From assembly GCA_965246885.1 (NCBI GenBank), contig OZ251992.1, forward strand, positions 1,440,001-1,504,000: a stretch of DNA of 64,000 bases, written 5' to 3'. Under the pieces are notes generated by a model. That model was not told the origin of the DNA. It saw only the letters and a program-made list of their open reading frames with translations, and did no database searches. Origin of the DNA: Abditibacterium sp. Its GTDB lineage: Bacteria > Armatimonadota > Abditibacteriia > Abditibacteriales > Abditibacteriaceae. Positions 52,132 through 62,372 of this stretch are shown here, one piece after another; position 1 is the first letter of the stretch; every line of letters begins with the position of its first letter. The position numbers and the translations under genes are program-made.

Positions 52132-52369
52132 CTCCATCGCACAGGGAAAATCACCTGCGCTGCGCGGTTAATCTATGTTTCGTCTCGTCTTCGACTGCAC
52201 TCCCCTTCTTGCGTGCGGCTCCTGTTGGGAGCCGGTGACGCCGCGAGGAAGCGCAGGCCGAGGCGGAAGAAGCGCCGCGTAGGGTGGGGCTTCCTCAGAC
52301 GCTGCGCTCATCGGCCCCTCGCCCCGTTCGGCACCCGCTTCATCTTTCGCCCCTTGTGGCGTATTTCCA

Positions 52370-53194
52370 ATGAAAAACATCTCATCCATTTCGCGGAAAG
52401 CGTTCTCGCTTATAGAATTGCTCGTCGTCATCGCCATCATCGCCATCCTTGCGGCGATCCTGTTCCCGGCTTTTGCCCGTGCCCGCGACAACGCGCGCCG
52501 CACGAACGGCATCTCCAACGTCAAGCAGATCAGCCTCGGCGTCGTGCAATACCTCCAAGACTACGACGAGCGCTTCTTCCAAACCGTGACCGAGCGTCAA
52601 GGCACCGACGCTACGCGCTTCCCGACTGCCAGTAACCCCGACGCGACCACCGCCAACGGCGCCGCAATCTACTCTTACCGGCAAAAGTTGCAGCCCTACA
52701 CCAAAAGCATCCAACTTTTCAAAGACCCCTCCGCCCCCGACTGGCCCGCCGCTTCTTCCGGCCAATACTACTCGACCGACTACGGCTTTCACCTGAACGA
52801 GTCCAAGTTCTCGGCAGGCAAATTCCAACAAGCGTGGTATGCCGCCAACCCCAGCTTTGGTTTGAACGAGGACAACACCCTCGCCTCCATTGCGAATTCG
52901 GCCAAGTTCATCATCCTCAGCGAGGCGGGACGCTCGGATGCTTCGCCCTCGCGTGGTGGCGTCTATCCGCTCGACGACAGCACCGACCCGACCAAATACT
53001 ACGACTTCGTCGGTGGCCCCGCCGCAGGAACCCTTTCCTCGCAGGCCCGCCCCTACAAACGCCACTTCGACGGCATCGTCGTTGGCTACCTTGATGGCCA
53101 TGCGAAGTGGGTCAGGCCCGAATCCACTTGGGCGACTGTTTCCACCGTCGCTGGCGCGAACGTCAACAACCAGTGGAGCCGCGACGTTCAGTAG
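52370..53194 (+). CDS. Prepilin-type N-terminal cleavage/methylation protein (DUF1559-like, H-X9-DG)
   Basis: [34 protein letters not shown] and [13 protein letters not shown] motifs. Confidence 0.92.
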   Translation: MKNISSISRKAFSLIELLVVIAIIAILAAILFPAFARARDNARRTNGISNVKQISLGVVQYLQDYDERFFQTVTERQGTDATRFPTASNPDATTANGAAIYSYRQKLQPYTKSIQLFKDPSAPDWPAASSGQYYSTDYGFHLNESKFSAGKFQQAWYAANPSFGLNEDNTLASIANSAKFIILSEAGRSDASPSRGGVYPLDDSTDPTKYYDFVGGPAAGTLSSQARPYKRHFDGIVVGYLDGHAKWVRPESTWATVSTVAGANVNNQWSRDVQ

Positions 53195-53228
53195 CGCGAG
53201 ATTTGCGTTTGTTCATGCATGGTTGGGG

Positions 53229-53261
53229 AAACCGCCGGAACTTTGGGTTCCGGCGGTTTGT
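53229..53261 (+). terminator. Intrinsic terminator-like hairpin
   Basis: AAACCGCCGGAAC-tttgg-GTTCCGGCGGTTTGT. Confidence 0.65.
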
Positions 53262-53272
53262 CCGTTTTGGGC

Positions 53273-54139
53273 ATGGCCTCTTGGGAAGACATAGCGAACG
53301 AAATCGCGCCAGCCGGACAAGACACGGGCGCCCTCGCTACCGGCGCGCGGCGCGGACGGGATGGCAAGCGCGGCAACTTGGGCGACGCCTTCGGCGTCTC
53401 CCGCTTTCTCGAACCCGCCCCCGTCCAAAAGAGCGACTCCCCCGATGCTGTCTGGGGCGGACGCCAAGCGAGCGGCGCGTCGGGTAACTACTACTTCGTA
53501 GACCGCGCCGTCACGAGTTACGACGACCTCGCCGCCACCCTGTCCGCGCGCTTGGACAAGGCGCTCGCCAACCCGCCCTCGCGCTGGCTCGAAGGGCTGA
53601 GCGTGGCCGATCTGCTGTTCTGCGACATCGAAACGACCGGACTTTCCGCCGCCAATCCCTTGTTCCTCATCGGGACGCTGCGCTTTGTCGAAGGGGAGCC
53701 GCGCTTGCAACTCTACCTCGCGCGCGACTTCGACGAGGAAAAAGCCGTCTTGGAAGCGTTCTCGAAGGTCGTGCGCGGCAAGACGCTCGTCACCTTCAAC
53801 GGCAAGTCGTTCGACTGGCCTTACATTGAGGGCCGCGCGCGCCGTCACCGCGTCGCCATGCCCGAACCCGCCGGACACTACGACCTCCTCTTTTCCGCGC
53901 GCCGCCGCTATCGCTCCCAGCTACCCAACTGCAAGCTGCAAACCCTCGAAATGGGCATCTGCAAGCGCGGTCGCAAGGGAGACATCCCGTCGTCGCAAAT
54001 TCCCGAACGCTACCACGACTTCGTGGACGCGCATCGCGTCGGAGGCGGCGCTTACCTGCTCGCGCCCGTCTTGTTCCACAACGCCCTCGACGTGCTCACG
54101 ATGGCCGAACTCATCTGCTGCATGGCCGAAACCGGCTGA
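53273..54139 (+). CDS. RNase H-like (YprB/RNase_H_2) exonuclease
   Basis: DIETTGL, LVTFNGKSFDWP, H.DL and HN..DV motifs. Confidence 0.85.
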   Translation: MASWEDIANEIAPAGQDTGALATGARRGRDGKRGNLGDAFGVSRFLEPAPVQKSDSPDAVWGGRQASGASGNYYFVDRAVTSYDDLAATLSARLDKALANPPSRWLEGLSVADLLFCDIETTGLSAANPLFLIGTLRFVEGEPRLQLYLARDFDEEKAVLEAFSKVVRGKTLVTFNGKSFDWPYIEGRARRHRVAMPEPAGHYDLLFSARRRYRSQLPNCKLQTLEMGICKRGRKGDIPSSQIPERYHDFVDAHRVGGGAYLLAPVLFHNALDVLTMAELICCMAETG

Positions 54140-54181
54140 CGGCCCGCTCGTTTGGGTGGTTGAAGCGTTAAAATCTCTCCG

Positions 54182-55075
54182 ATGCCCAGCCATAAAGCTC
54201 TCATTCTCGGCGCGCGCGGCCAATTGGCGGGCGCCCTCCGGCGTTTGGCGCCCGATGGCGTTGAGGTCGTCGCGTTAGAGCGCGCCGAGGTGGACATCAC
54301 TGATGCTGCCTCGATTCGCGCCGCTTTGGAAGCGCACCGGCCCGACCTCGTGTGGAACGGCGCCGCTTTCAACGCCGTTGACAAAGCCGAGGCGAGCGAC
54401 GGCGCCGCGCAAGCCATGCAAATCAACGCGCTTGGCCCCACACTCCTCGCTCTGGCCTGCCGCGACTTCGGGGCGCGACTGGTGCACTTCTCGACCGACT
54501 TCGTTTTCGATGGGCGCAAGACAACGCCTTATAAGGAAGAGGACGCCACTAACCCGCTTTCGATTTACGGCGCCTCGAAGTTGGCGGGCGAGCGCGCGAC
54601 TTTGGCCGCTTCGCCGCGTCATTTCGTCGTGCGCGTTGAGCGCTTGTTCGGGCCGGTCGAGGACTTGCAAACCAGTGGCGGGAGCGCGGCCAAACCGGGC
54701 GGCAACTTCCCGATGCTCATGCTGCGTTTAGGGCGCGAGCGCGAGCGGCTCCGCATCGTGGACGATCAAATCGCCGCGCCGTCCTATAACCCCGACCTTG
54801 CGCGCGCGGCTTGGCAATTGGTCGAACGCGCCGAAGGCGGCTTGTTTCATCTGTCCAACGCGGGCGAAGTTTCTTTTGCCGACTACGCCGAGCGCGTTTT
54901 CGCGTGGGCCGGTTTGTCGTGCGTTGTCGAGCGCGTTTCGAGCGAAGAATACGGCGCCCCCGCGCGGCGTCCCGCGTATTCGACTTTTTCCAACGAACGG
55001 GCGCACGCCGTTGGCGTCGAACCGTTGCGGGCGTGGGATGCGGCGTTGCGGGAGTTCTTGGAGCATCATGCCTGA
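54182..55075 (+). CDS. rfbD: dTDP-4-dehydrorhamnose reductase
   Basis: GARGQL, VDKAE, STDFVFDG, YGASKLAGE, DQ and RPAYS motifs. Confidence 0.92.
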   Translation: MPSHKALILGARGQLAGALRRLAPDGVEVVALERAEVDITDAASIRAALEAHRPDLVWNGAAFNAVDKAEASDGAAQAMQINALGPTLLALACRDFGARLVHFSTDFVFDGRKTTPYKEEDATNPLSIYGASKLAGERATLAASPRHFVVRVERLFGPVEDLQTSGGSAAKPGGNFPMLMLRLGRERERLRIVDDQIAAPSYNPDLARAAWQLVERAEGGLFHLSNAGEVSFADYAERVFAWAGLSCVVERVSSEEYGAPARRPAYSTFSNERAHAVGVEPLRAWDAALREFLEHHA

Positions 55076-55550
55076 TTCCATTCACCCTCCGCCTTGGCAC
55101 TTGCGCGGCGAAGCGGTCGCGCTTCTCGCCTCGCCTGTTTCGGTGTGCTTGCTGGTGAACTACACTTCCAGCCCCGTTGGGCCGTATCTCGAACACGCCT
55201 TGGCGACGCTTACGCTGCGCGGGCCGCACGTGTTTCAAATGAGCGTGAACCTTGAAAAATCGATGCTGGGCGGGCGGGCAATTTGGGGGTTCCCCAAAAC
55301 GATGGAAGCGCTCGCGTGGCAAAAGAAGCGCGACCGCCTCACCTTTCGGCGCTTGGACAAAGTGCTGAGGGTGCGCGCCTTCGGGCCGAAGTTCCCGCTT
55401 GCCCTGCCGTTTTGGGCGGCGCAACAAAAGGAAGGCGCATGGGTGCGAGTGCCCGGTTTCATCCGGGCGCGGGTGCGTTTGGCGTTTCGTGGCGTGCAAT
55501 TGGCGCTGTGGTTCGATTCGTTCTCGATGGAAATAAAGGCTCCCAAATGA
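55068..55550 (+). CDS. Acetoacetate decarboxylase-like protein
   Basis: PPPW, Y.SSPVGPY.E and GRAIWGFPK motifs. Confidence 0.75.
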   Translation: MPDSIHPPPWHLRGEAVALLASPVSVCLLVNYTSSPVGPYLEHALATLTLRGPHVFQMSVNLEKSMLGGRAIWGFPKTMEALAWQKKRDRLTFRRLDKVLRVRAFGPKFPLALPFWAAQQKEGAWVRVPGFIRARVRLAFRGVQLALWFDSFSMEIKAPK

Positions 55551-55927
55551 CTTTGGCACTCATTGCTCACGACGGCAAAAAGGCGGCGATGTTGGAGTGG
55601 GCGCGTTCGCGGCACGCTTTCCTCGCGCGGCACGCCATTGTCGCAACCGGCACGACGGGCGGGATGCTCGAAGCCGAACTTGGCCTGCCCGTTCATCGCA
55701 TGCTGTCCGGCCCGTTGGGGGGCGACCTGCAAATCGGCGCGCTCATCGTCACCGACCAAATCGGCGCCGTGATTTTCCTGCGCGATCCGCTCACTCCGCA
55801 TCCGCACGAACCCGACATATCGGCCCTGATGAAAGCGTGCGACATCCACAACGTCCCGCTTGCGACCAACGTCGCGTCAGCGGACTTGTTGCTCGACGGT
55901 CTGCGCGCGAGAAACGAAGGGGAATGA
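55547..55927 (+). CDS. mgsA: Methylglyoxal synthase
   Basis: ALIAHD.KK, ATGTTG, SGPLGGDLQIG, PHEPD and PLATN motifs. Confidence 0.96.
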   Translation: MTLALIAHDGKKAAMLEWARSRHAFLARHAIVATGTTGGMLEAELGLPVHRMLSGPLGGDLQIGALIVTDQIGAVIFLRDPLTPHPHEPDISALMKACDIHNVPLATNVASADLLLDGLRARNEGE

Positions 55928-55929
55928 AG

Positions 55930-56100
55930 CGCCGGTGCGCGGCAACCAAAGACGCAAGCGCGCGAGCCAAAGAATTAGGCGCGCGCCTTGAAGAACGATG
56001 CGCGCCGGTCAAGGAATTACATGCGGCAACAGTTGAGGTGCGCGCGCCGACGGAGGAATGAGGTGAATCAACCGTTGATTTAGCTAATTCTTTCGTTCAT
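55930..56100. repeat. 21-nt repeat array
   Basis: CGAGCCAAAGAATTAGGCGCG and CCGGTCAAGGAATTACATGCG units, then inverted TAGCTAATTCTTTCG. Confidence 0.65.
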
Positions 56101-56150
56101 TCTTGCCGTTTTTTGCGGCTCCGATGCGCGCGAAAGGGGTCAGGAAGACT

Positions 56151-57131
56151 ATGGCTTTTCCCATTCAGCGCCCGCGCCGTTTGCGCCGCACGCCCACTTT
56201 GCGCGCAATGGTGCGCGAGAACCATGTTCTGCCGTCCGACCTTATCGCGCCGCTTTTCGTGTGCGAAGGGGAAGGGGTGCAAACGCCCATCGCGTCGCTC
56301 CCCGGCCAGTTTCGGCTGGGCGTTGACCGCGCGGTGGAAATGGCGCGGCAACTGGCGCAGGTGGGCGTCTTGAGCGTGATTCTGTTCGGCATCGTGACGG
56401 AAAAGGACGAAGCCGGGACGGGCGCGACTGACCCCGACGGGCCGGTGCCGCGCGCAATTGCGGCGATTAAGGCGGCGTTGCCGGAAATGGTGGTCATTGC
56501 CGATACGTGCGCGTGTGAATATACCTCGCACGGTCACTGCGGTATAGTGCGCGGCGAAACGGTGGACAACGACGCGACGCTCGCTTTGCTCCAAAGGGCG
56601 GCGCTCTGTTATGCGCGGGCGGGAGCGGACGTGGTGGCGCCGTCGGATATGATGGACGGTCGCGTCGCGGCGATTCGCGCCGCGCTCGATGGCGAAGGCT
56701 TTGCCGAAGTGCCGATTATGAGCTACGCCGCGAAGTTCGCGGGCGCCTTTTATGGGCCGTTCCGCGACGCCGCCGATTCGACGCCCGCGTTTGGCGACCG
56801 CCGCTCCTATCAAATGGACATCGCCAACCGCCGCGAAGCGTTGCGCGAAATGGCGTTGGACGTGGAAGAGGGAGCGGATATGCTCATCATCAAACCCGGC
56901 CTGTTCTGCCTCGACTTGGTGAGGGATGCGCGCGAGCGGTTCGAGTTGCCCCTCTGCGCATACAACGTGTCGAGCGAATACGCGATGGTGAAAGCCGCCG
57001 GGCAGATGGGATGGGTGGACGAAGCGAGGCTGATAGACGAAACGCTCCTCTCGTTCAAACGGGCCGGAGCCGACTTGATCATCACCTACTTCGCGCTCGA
57101 ATGGGCGCAGAGGTTCGCAAAGCAATCTTAG
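56151..57131 (+). CDS. hemB: Porphobilinogen synthase
   Basis: RPRRLR, CACEYTSHGHCG, APSDMMDGR and FYGPFRDA motifs. Confidence 0.96.
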   Translation: MAFPIQRPRRLRRTPTLRAMVRENHVLPSDLIAPLFVCEGEGVQTPIASLPGQFRLGVDRAVEMARQLAQVGVLSVILFGIVTEKDEAGTGATDPDGPVPRAIAAIKAALPEMVVIADTCACEYTSHGHCGIVRGETVDNDATLALLQRAALCYARAGADVVAPSDMMDGRVAAIRAALDGEGFAEVPIMSYAAKFAGAFYGPFRDAADSTPAFGDRRSYQMDIANRREALREMALDVEEGADMLIIKPGLFCLDLVRDARERFELPLCAYNVSSEYAMVKAAGQMGWVDEARLIDETLLSFKRAGADLIITYFALEWAQRFAKQS

Positions 57132-57184
57132 GCGCATGCAACGCCGCGCGCGGTGGCGCTTCTATGTTGGGGGAAGAATCTACC

Positions 57185-57613
57185 ATGAACAAAACCATCG
57201 TTCGTTTGGCCGCCAGTGCCGCTCTGCTGGGTGCCGTCGCCGTTTCGTTGCCGCGCGCGTCCGTTGCCAAAACCACCGCCAAGGGTGGCGAGTTCCGCTC
57301 CATCTCTCAAAAAGAGTTGCTCGCGGCCATCAAAGCCAAGCGCGTCACTGTCTTCGACGCCAACGGCGATGAGTCCTTTAAAGAAGGCCGCATCCCGACC
57401 GCCATTAACTATTACGCGGTCGAGTCGAAATTCGCGTCGTATCTGCCCAAAAACAAGTCCGCCCTCGTCGTCGCTTACTGCGGCAACGAACACTGCACCG
57501 CTTACAAACAGGCCGCTTCCGCCGCGCAAAAGTTAGGTTACACCAACATCGCGCACTTTGCCCCCGGCATCGCGGGCTGGCGTGCATCGGGCGCACCCCA
57601 AGACAAAGGTTGA
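57185..57613 (+). CDS. Exported rhodanese-like protein
   Basis: Signal peptide; F..GRIP.A, VAYCG...C and GIAGW motifs. Confidence 0.85.
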   Translation: MNKTIVRLAASAALLGAVAVSLPRASVAKTTAKGGEFRSISQKELLAAIKAKRVTVFDANGDESFKEGRIPTAINYYAVESKFASYLPKNKSALVVAYCGNEHCTAYKQAASAAQKLGYTNIAHFAPGIAGWRASGAPQDKG

Positions 57614-57632
57614 GAGGGCGATTGACAACATC

Positions 57633-57665
57633 GAGGCCGCGCTTCCCAAGGGAGCGCGGCCTTTG
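57633..57665. terminator. Terminator-like hairpin between convergent genes
   Basis: GAGGCCGCGCTTCC-caa-GGGAGCGCGGCCTTT. Confidence 0.6.
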
Positions 57666-57709
57666 CGTTAAACTGTGCGGCGAACCGGTTCGCCGCACAC
57701 GCCGGTGGG

Positions 57710-58126
57710 TCAAGTTCCGAACTTCGCCAACTCGCGCGCGATCTTGTCGCGCACTTCGTCGCCGTCTATGGGTTTGAAGATGTATTGCGTGAGCGGCACT
57801 TCGGGCGCGCCCGAAAAGCGGTGGCGCACGATCTTCAAGCGGTCGGCGACAAACAACAGGCCAATCCCCCGAAACATCGCGGAGTATTGCGGGGCGCCGC
57901 GCAAAATGGCGCTCAACTCGTAACCCGGCATGTCGGACAGATACGTTCCCAAGAGTACCAGTTGCGGCGCGAAGTCATCCAGTGCCACAATTGCCGACAT
58001 CGCGTTGCCCGCCAGTTCGACCCCAAAGCCAAAGCCTTCGAGGATGGCCACAAGCGAGTTGGCGGTTTCGGCATCGCTTTCAACGACTAAAATGCGCGTG
58101 GCGGCGGTGGTGGGTGCGGGCGACAT
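57710..58126 (-). CDS. Atypical single-domain response regulator
   Basis: ILVVE, P.LVLL, MPGYEL and YIFKP motifs; phospho-Asp apparently absent (LLGTYL). Confidence 0.8.
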   Translation of the reverse strand: MSPAPTTAATRILVVESDAETANSLVAILEGFGFGVELAGNAMSAIVALDDFAPQLVLLGTYLSDMPGYELSAILRGAPQYSAMFRGIGLLFVADRLKIVRHRFSGAPEVPLTQYIFKPIDGDEVRDKIARELAKFGT

Positions 58127-58141
58127 GGGCGTGAAAAGGTG

Positions 58142-59143
58142 TTATTTGTCGGGCGTGCCGACGGCGCGCGCGACTTCGGCTTCGCTGACCGACTGCGTTG
58201 CGATGCGGTTGCGCCCGCCTTCTTTGGCGCGGTAAAGTTCCGCGTCGGCGAGGGTGAACAATCCCCCCGCCAACTGCGCGGTCGAAAGGCGGGCGGAGCC
58301 GTCGGACGCAGAGGAAGCCGAAGGGGGCAACAAAATGGCCCCGCCACCCGAAACGGTGACGGAAATGGTTTGGCCAAGCCCGCTCGACGGGCAGGGGATG
58401 GGCTGCCCCGCCAAGCCCGCGCGCACTTTTTCGGCGAAAATCTTCGCGCCCACTTCGTCGGTGTTGGGCAGCAACACGGCGAACTCTTCGCCCCCGAAGC
58501 GCGCGACCTTATCCACGCGGCGCGACAGTTGAATCAGCGTTTCGGCGAAGAAGCGCAGCACGAGGTCGCCCTGCGTGTGGCCGTGCGTGTCGTTGACGGC
58601 TTTGAAGTGGTCGAGATCAAACACGGCCAACCCCAAAGGCTGCATGAAACGGCGCGCGCGGTGCAGTTCGTCCTCGAATTGCGAATCGAAGCCGCGCCGG
58701 TTCAAGAGGCCAGTAAGCGGGTCGGTGACGGCCAAGCGCGACAGTTGGTCGTTGCTCGCTTTGAGTTCGGCTTGCAACTTCTGCATCCGCAAGGCGGCGC
58801 GCACGCGCGCGACGAGTTCGGGCAGGGCGAACGGCTTGGCGATGTAATCAACGGCGACTTCGAGGCCGTGCACGCGGTCGTCCACGTCTTGGCGCGCGGT
58901 GACGAAGATGATGGGGATGTCGCGCGTCGTGTCGTCGGCTTTTAACTGCTGCGCCACCTCGAAGCCCGTTAGTCCCGGCATCATCACGTCCATCAGAATG
59001 AGGGACGGCAGTTCAGTCGTGGCGGTTTGCAGCGCGCGCGCGCCGGTCGAAGCCGACAGCACTTCGTAGCCTTCCATGCGCAGCGTGAGCGCCATCAAGG
59101 AAGCTATTTCGGGGCTGTCTTCGACTACTAAAATTCTGTCCAT
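58142..59143 (-). CDS. Response regulator diguanylate cyclase (PleD/WspR-like)
   Basis: REC domain (LMDVMMP, KPF), DPLTGL and RFGGEEF; RRVD I-site. Confidence 0.93.
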   Translation of the reverse strand: MDRILVVEDSPEIASLMALTLRMEGYEVLSASTGARALQTATTELPSLILMDVMMPGLTGFEVAQQLKADDTTRDIPIIFVTARQDVDDRVHGLEVAVDYIAKPFALPELVARVRAALRMQKLQAELKASNDQLSRLAVTDPLTGLLNRRGFDSQFEDELHRARRFMQPLGLAVFDLDHFKAVNDTHGHTQGDLVLRFFAETLIQLSRRVDKVARFGGEEFAVLLPNTDEVGAKIFAEKVRAGLAGQPIPCPSSGLGQTISVTVSGGGAILLPPSASSASDGSARLSTAQLAGGLFTLADAELYRAKEGGRNRIATQSVSEAEVARAVGTPDK

Positions 59144-59245
59144 AAGTGGCGCGGCGTGACAATGCGGGCGGATGGTGATTAGAACGCGCAAGGCGGCGTT
59201 TTCGCGCGCCCAGTATGGCAAAGAACGGGGGACAACCCTGCTCCT

Positions 59246-59986
59246 TTAACGCAATAACTGCCCTCCATCCACGACGACGGTCGTTCCGGTGATGAATCCG
59301 GGGCCAGCAAGCAAGAACAAGACCGTTTCTGCCACTTCTTCGACCTTCCCCAAACGGCCCACTGGCACGCGCGCCACCAACTCCGTTCTCGTCTCTTCGT
59401 CGCCCTCGCCCGGCAAAATCGCGCCCGGCGCGACGCAGTTGACGCGCACCCCGCGCGGCGCTAAGGCTTTGGCGAACCCCTTTCCCACCATCTCGACGCC
59501 CGCTTTGGACGCGCAGTAGGGAATGTAGTTGAGCAGGGGCCGCGAAGCGTAGATGTCCGAAAACAATACGATGGCGCCGCCTTCTTGCACGCGCTCGCCC
59601 CACGTTTGGCACGCCAAAAACGGCCCCTTGAGGTTGGCGGCGATGTGCGCGTCGAAGTCCGCTTCGGTCAAGACATCGGGCGGCGTGCGCTTGAAGATGG
59701 CCGCGCACACCACGACGCCAAACACCCCGCCGAACTCTTCGGCCACCCGCTCCGCGACGCTCGCCCACTCCTCGCCGCGCGTGATGTCGAGCCTAAGCGC
59801 CGCGAAGTGCTGCTCTGGCGCGACGCCCCGCAACTCTTCGAGCGTGCTGTGCGCGTCCGCTTCGGAAGTGTGATAGGTGAACGCGACGTTCGCCCCCATT
59901 TTGGCGCACGCGAGCGCAACACCGCGTCCGATGCGCCGCGCGCCGCCGATGATGAGGATGGTTTTGTCGTGAATGGAGGGGGGCAT
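59246..59986 (-). CDS. Short-chain dehydrogenase (pteridine reductase-like)
   Basis: GGARRIG, YCASK, VNCVAPG and VDGG motifs. Confidence 0.88.
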   Translation of the reverse strand: MPPSIHDKTILIIGGARRIGRGVALACAKMGANVAFTYHTSEADAHSTLEELRGVAPEQHFAALRLDITRGEEWASVAERVAEEFGGVFGVVVCAAIFKRTPPDVLTEADFDAHIAANLKGPFLACQTWGERVQEGGAIVLFSDIYASRPLLNYIPYCASKAGVEMVGKGFAKALAPRGVRVNCVAPGAILPGEGDEETRTELVARVPVGRLGKVEEVAETVLFLLAGPGFITGTTVVVDGGQLLR

Positions 59987-60142
59987 ATTTTCGTTCTCGG
60001 CGCTGAAGCGCCGAGCTACACGCGCCGTTGGCGCCACTGCCCGCCTTCGCGGGCAAGGGACAGTTCGTGGTGGCCACGAAGGTGGCCTGTGGTTGGCGTA
60101 GCCAACGTGTAGCCCGACGCTTTAACGCCGGGTGAGGAAGTT

Positions 60143-60931
60143 TTACACCTCCACTTCCATCCCATCAAACGCAACCCGCACGCGCTCCGGCAGGGTTTCT
60201 TCGGTCGCGGCGTGGGCTAAGTCGTGCGTGATGTGGGTGAGGAAGGCGCGCTTGGGGTTGATGCGCTCGATGGCTTCCAGAGCCTGCGCGACGTTGAAAT
60301 GGTTCGGGTGCTCGGCATGGCGCAAGGCGTCCACCACGAAAACATCGGCGCCGTGCATGGCGGCGAGGCTGTCGTCGGGAATGGCGGCGCAGTCGCTGGC
60401 ATACACGAAGCGGCCCGTTGGCCCCGCAAAACTCCAAGACAAAATCTCCCCCGCTTTGCCATGCGAAATCGGGAGCGCCGTCACTTGCAAGGCGCCAAAC
60501 TGGAGCGACTGAAACGGCTCGACGGTGTGCGGCGTGATGCGCGGGAATCCGCCGTGTTCACGGTCTTGAACGAGGCAATAATCGAAGACTTTCTCCAAGC
60601 GCTCGCGCGTGCGGGCATCGCAATAGCCGGAAATGTAGCCCTGCTTGTCGGACAAAGGGCGCACGTCGTCCAGCCCGATGATGTGGTCGTTGTGCGCATG
60701 AGTCCACAAGATGGCGCTCAGATGCCCCACGCCCGCCCGCAGCATCTGCCCGCGAAAGTCGGGGCCGGTATCCACCAGCAAACGGGTCACGACCTCCTCA
60801 GTTGCGTCCTCGACCAACACCGACGCGCGCAAACGCTTGTCGCGCGGGTCGTCGGAACGGCACACCGCGCAGTCGCAGCCCACATACGGCACGCCGTAAC
60901 TTGTGCCCGTGCCCAAAAACCGGATCGTCAT
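60143..60931 (-). CDS. MBL-fold metallohydrolase (PhnP-like)
   Basis: LGTGTS.GVP..GC.C.VC, THAHNDH and THITH motifs. Confidence 0.92.
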   Translation of the reverse strand: MTIRFLGTGTSYGVPYVGCDCAVCRSDDPRDKRLRASVLVEDATEEVVTRLLVDTGPDFRGQMLRAGVGHLSAILWTHAHNDHIIGLDDVRPLSDKQGYISGYCDARTRERLEKVFDYCLVQDREHGGFPRITPHTVEPFQSLQFGALQVTALPISHGKAGEILSWSFAGPTGRFVYASDCAAIPDDSLAAMHGADVFVVDALRHAEHPNHFNVAQALEAIERINPKRAFLTHITHDLAHAATEETLPERVRVAFDGMEVEV

Positions 60932-60942
60932 CGCCCTTTAAG

Positions 60943-61581
60943 TTAGCGCGAAACGAAGGCGAGCCGCACGCCCAAAACCGTCAGCAGTGTTCCCGCGCCG
61001 ATGCCCATGCCGCGCGCGGTGCGCGGATGCCGCCCCAAAAACGCGCCCAACTTGCCCGCGACGGCGCCCACAACGCAGAACCAACTGAGCGCAAGCACGC
61101 AGAGCGTCAAGCCCAGAAACGCGATTTGCAGCGATGCCGCGACGCCTTTGCCCGCGACAAAGCCGGGCAAATACGCGGCAAAGGTGAGGGCGACTTTCGG
61201 GTTGAGCACGTTCGTCAAAACGCCTTGGCGCCACACCGCGCGCGTTGAAACCGCCGCCCCAACCGGCGCGGCATCGGGCGCAAAAGGCGAAACTTGGGCG
61301 CGGAGCGTCGAGACGCCAATCCAAATCAGATACGCCGCGCCCGCCCACTTCACGACGTTGAACACTTCGCTCGATGCGAACAAAAGTAGCGTCAATCCCG
61401 ACGCCGCGAGCAACGTGTGGCACAGCAACCCGCACGCGATACCCGCCGCCGACGCGAGTCCCGCGCGCGGCCCAAGCGTCATGCCGCGACTGAGCACATA
61501 GAGAAAATCCGGCCCCGGCAAGGCAATCAGCGCCAGCGCCCCAACGCAAAACAGAAAAAACGAGGCCGGAGCAATGGGCAT
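60943..61581 (-). CDS. LysE/RhtB family translocator
   Basis: PGPD, GAAYLIWIG and NVLNPK motifs. Confidence 0.92.
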   Translation of the reverse strand: MPIAPASFFLFCVGALALIALPGPDFLYVLSRGMTLGPRAGLASAAGIACGLLCHTLLAASGLTLLLFASSEVFNVVKWAGAAYLIWIGVSTLRAQVSPFAPDAAPVGAAVSTRAVWRQGVLTNVLNPKVALTFAAYLPGFVAGKGVAASLQIAFLGLTLCVLALSWFCVVGAVAGKLGAFLGRHPRTARGMGIGAGTLLTVLGVRLAFVSR

Positions 61582-61939
61582 GAGCACAATCGCCAACGCC
61601 CGAAAGCCCGCCGCCGTTCCACTCGGCTCCGTCCGTGTGTTTGGCGCGACGGCGGGGCTTTACAGCGCGACGGTCAACCTTTAAAGCGCAACGGTCGGGG
61701 CGTTTCGGGCGACCGACGCCACTTTCAGCGAGACCGTCGGCCTCTTCCGACGCGCGGTCGGGGCGTTGGGCGCGACTAATAACAGTTGCCTACTGCCGGA
61801 ATCAATTCGATTTTCGTAACTGGGGGCAAAAAGGGCGCTTGTGGAGGTAAAAAGGTCGCATGTGGCGGTAAATTTCTGGTATGTCGCCCTGCTAATCTTG
61901 CCTCTCGCCCTTTGTTTCTTCAATCAATACCGCGAGAGG

Positions 61940-62120
61940 CAAGCTACAAACCTCCACCGTCAAGCTAAACATAGCGAGGGGCAAGAAACAACACGCGAGG
62001 GGCGAGCTAAATCACGCGAGGGGCAAGCTACATCACGCGAAAGGCACGCTACAAAGGGCGAGAGGCACGCTACAAGGGGCGAAAGGCGCGCTAAAGAGGG
62101 CCGCCGACGTGCTAAACACT
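61940..62120. repeat. 21-nt tandem repeat, about 8 units
   Basis: GCTAAATCACGCGAGGGGCAA, GCTACATCACGCGAAAGGCAC, GCTACAAAGGGCGAGAGGCAC. Confidence 0.85.
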
Positions 62121-62169
62121 TCCGCCGGACAAAAAAGGTCAAAGGTCGCGTTGCTCTAAGCCTTCGCCC

Positions 62170-62249
62170 CGTCATTTTGAGCTTGCGAAGGATCTCTAAT
62201 AACGCCTTCGACGCAGCAACTGTAGATCCTTCGCAAGCTCAGGAGGACG
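62170..62249. repeat. REP-like inverted repeat
   Basis: CGTCATTTTGAGCTTGCGAAGGATCT ... AGATCCTTCGCAAGCTCAGGAGGACG. Confidence 0.8.
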
Positions 62250-62372
62250 AAAGGCGCACCTTGGAGGACGAAAGGTGCGCCTTAGAAGACGACGGGTGCG
62301 CCTTAGAAGACCAAAGGCGCGACTCAAGAGGCGCGGGGTGCGACTCAAGCGGCGCGGGGTGCGACGCGCGCT
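62242..62372. repeat. 21-nt tandem repeat, about 6 units
   Basis: GGAGGACGAAAGGCGCACCTT, GGAGGACGAAAGGTGCGCCTT, AGAAGACGACGGGTGCGCCTT. Confidence 0.8.

Noticed and set aside
60069..60132. Short palindromes GGCCACGAAGGTGGCC and GTAGCCCGACGCTTTAACGCCGGG as REP elements
   Set aside because: Single short copies in this window; insufficient support
61940..62372. Possible CRISPR array
   Set aside because: Units are contiguous 21-mers without unique spacers, and no cas genes are present
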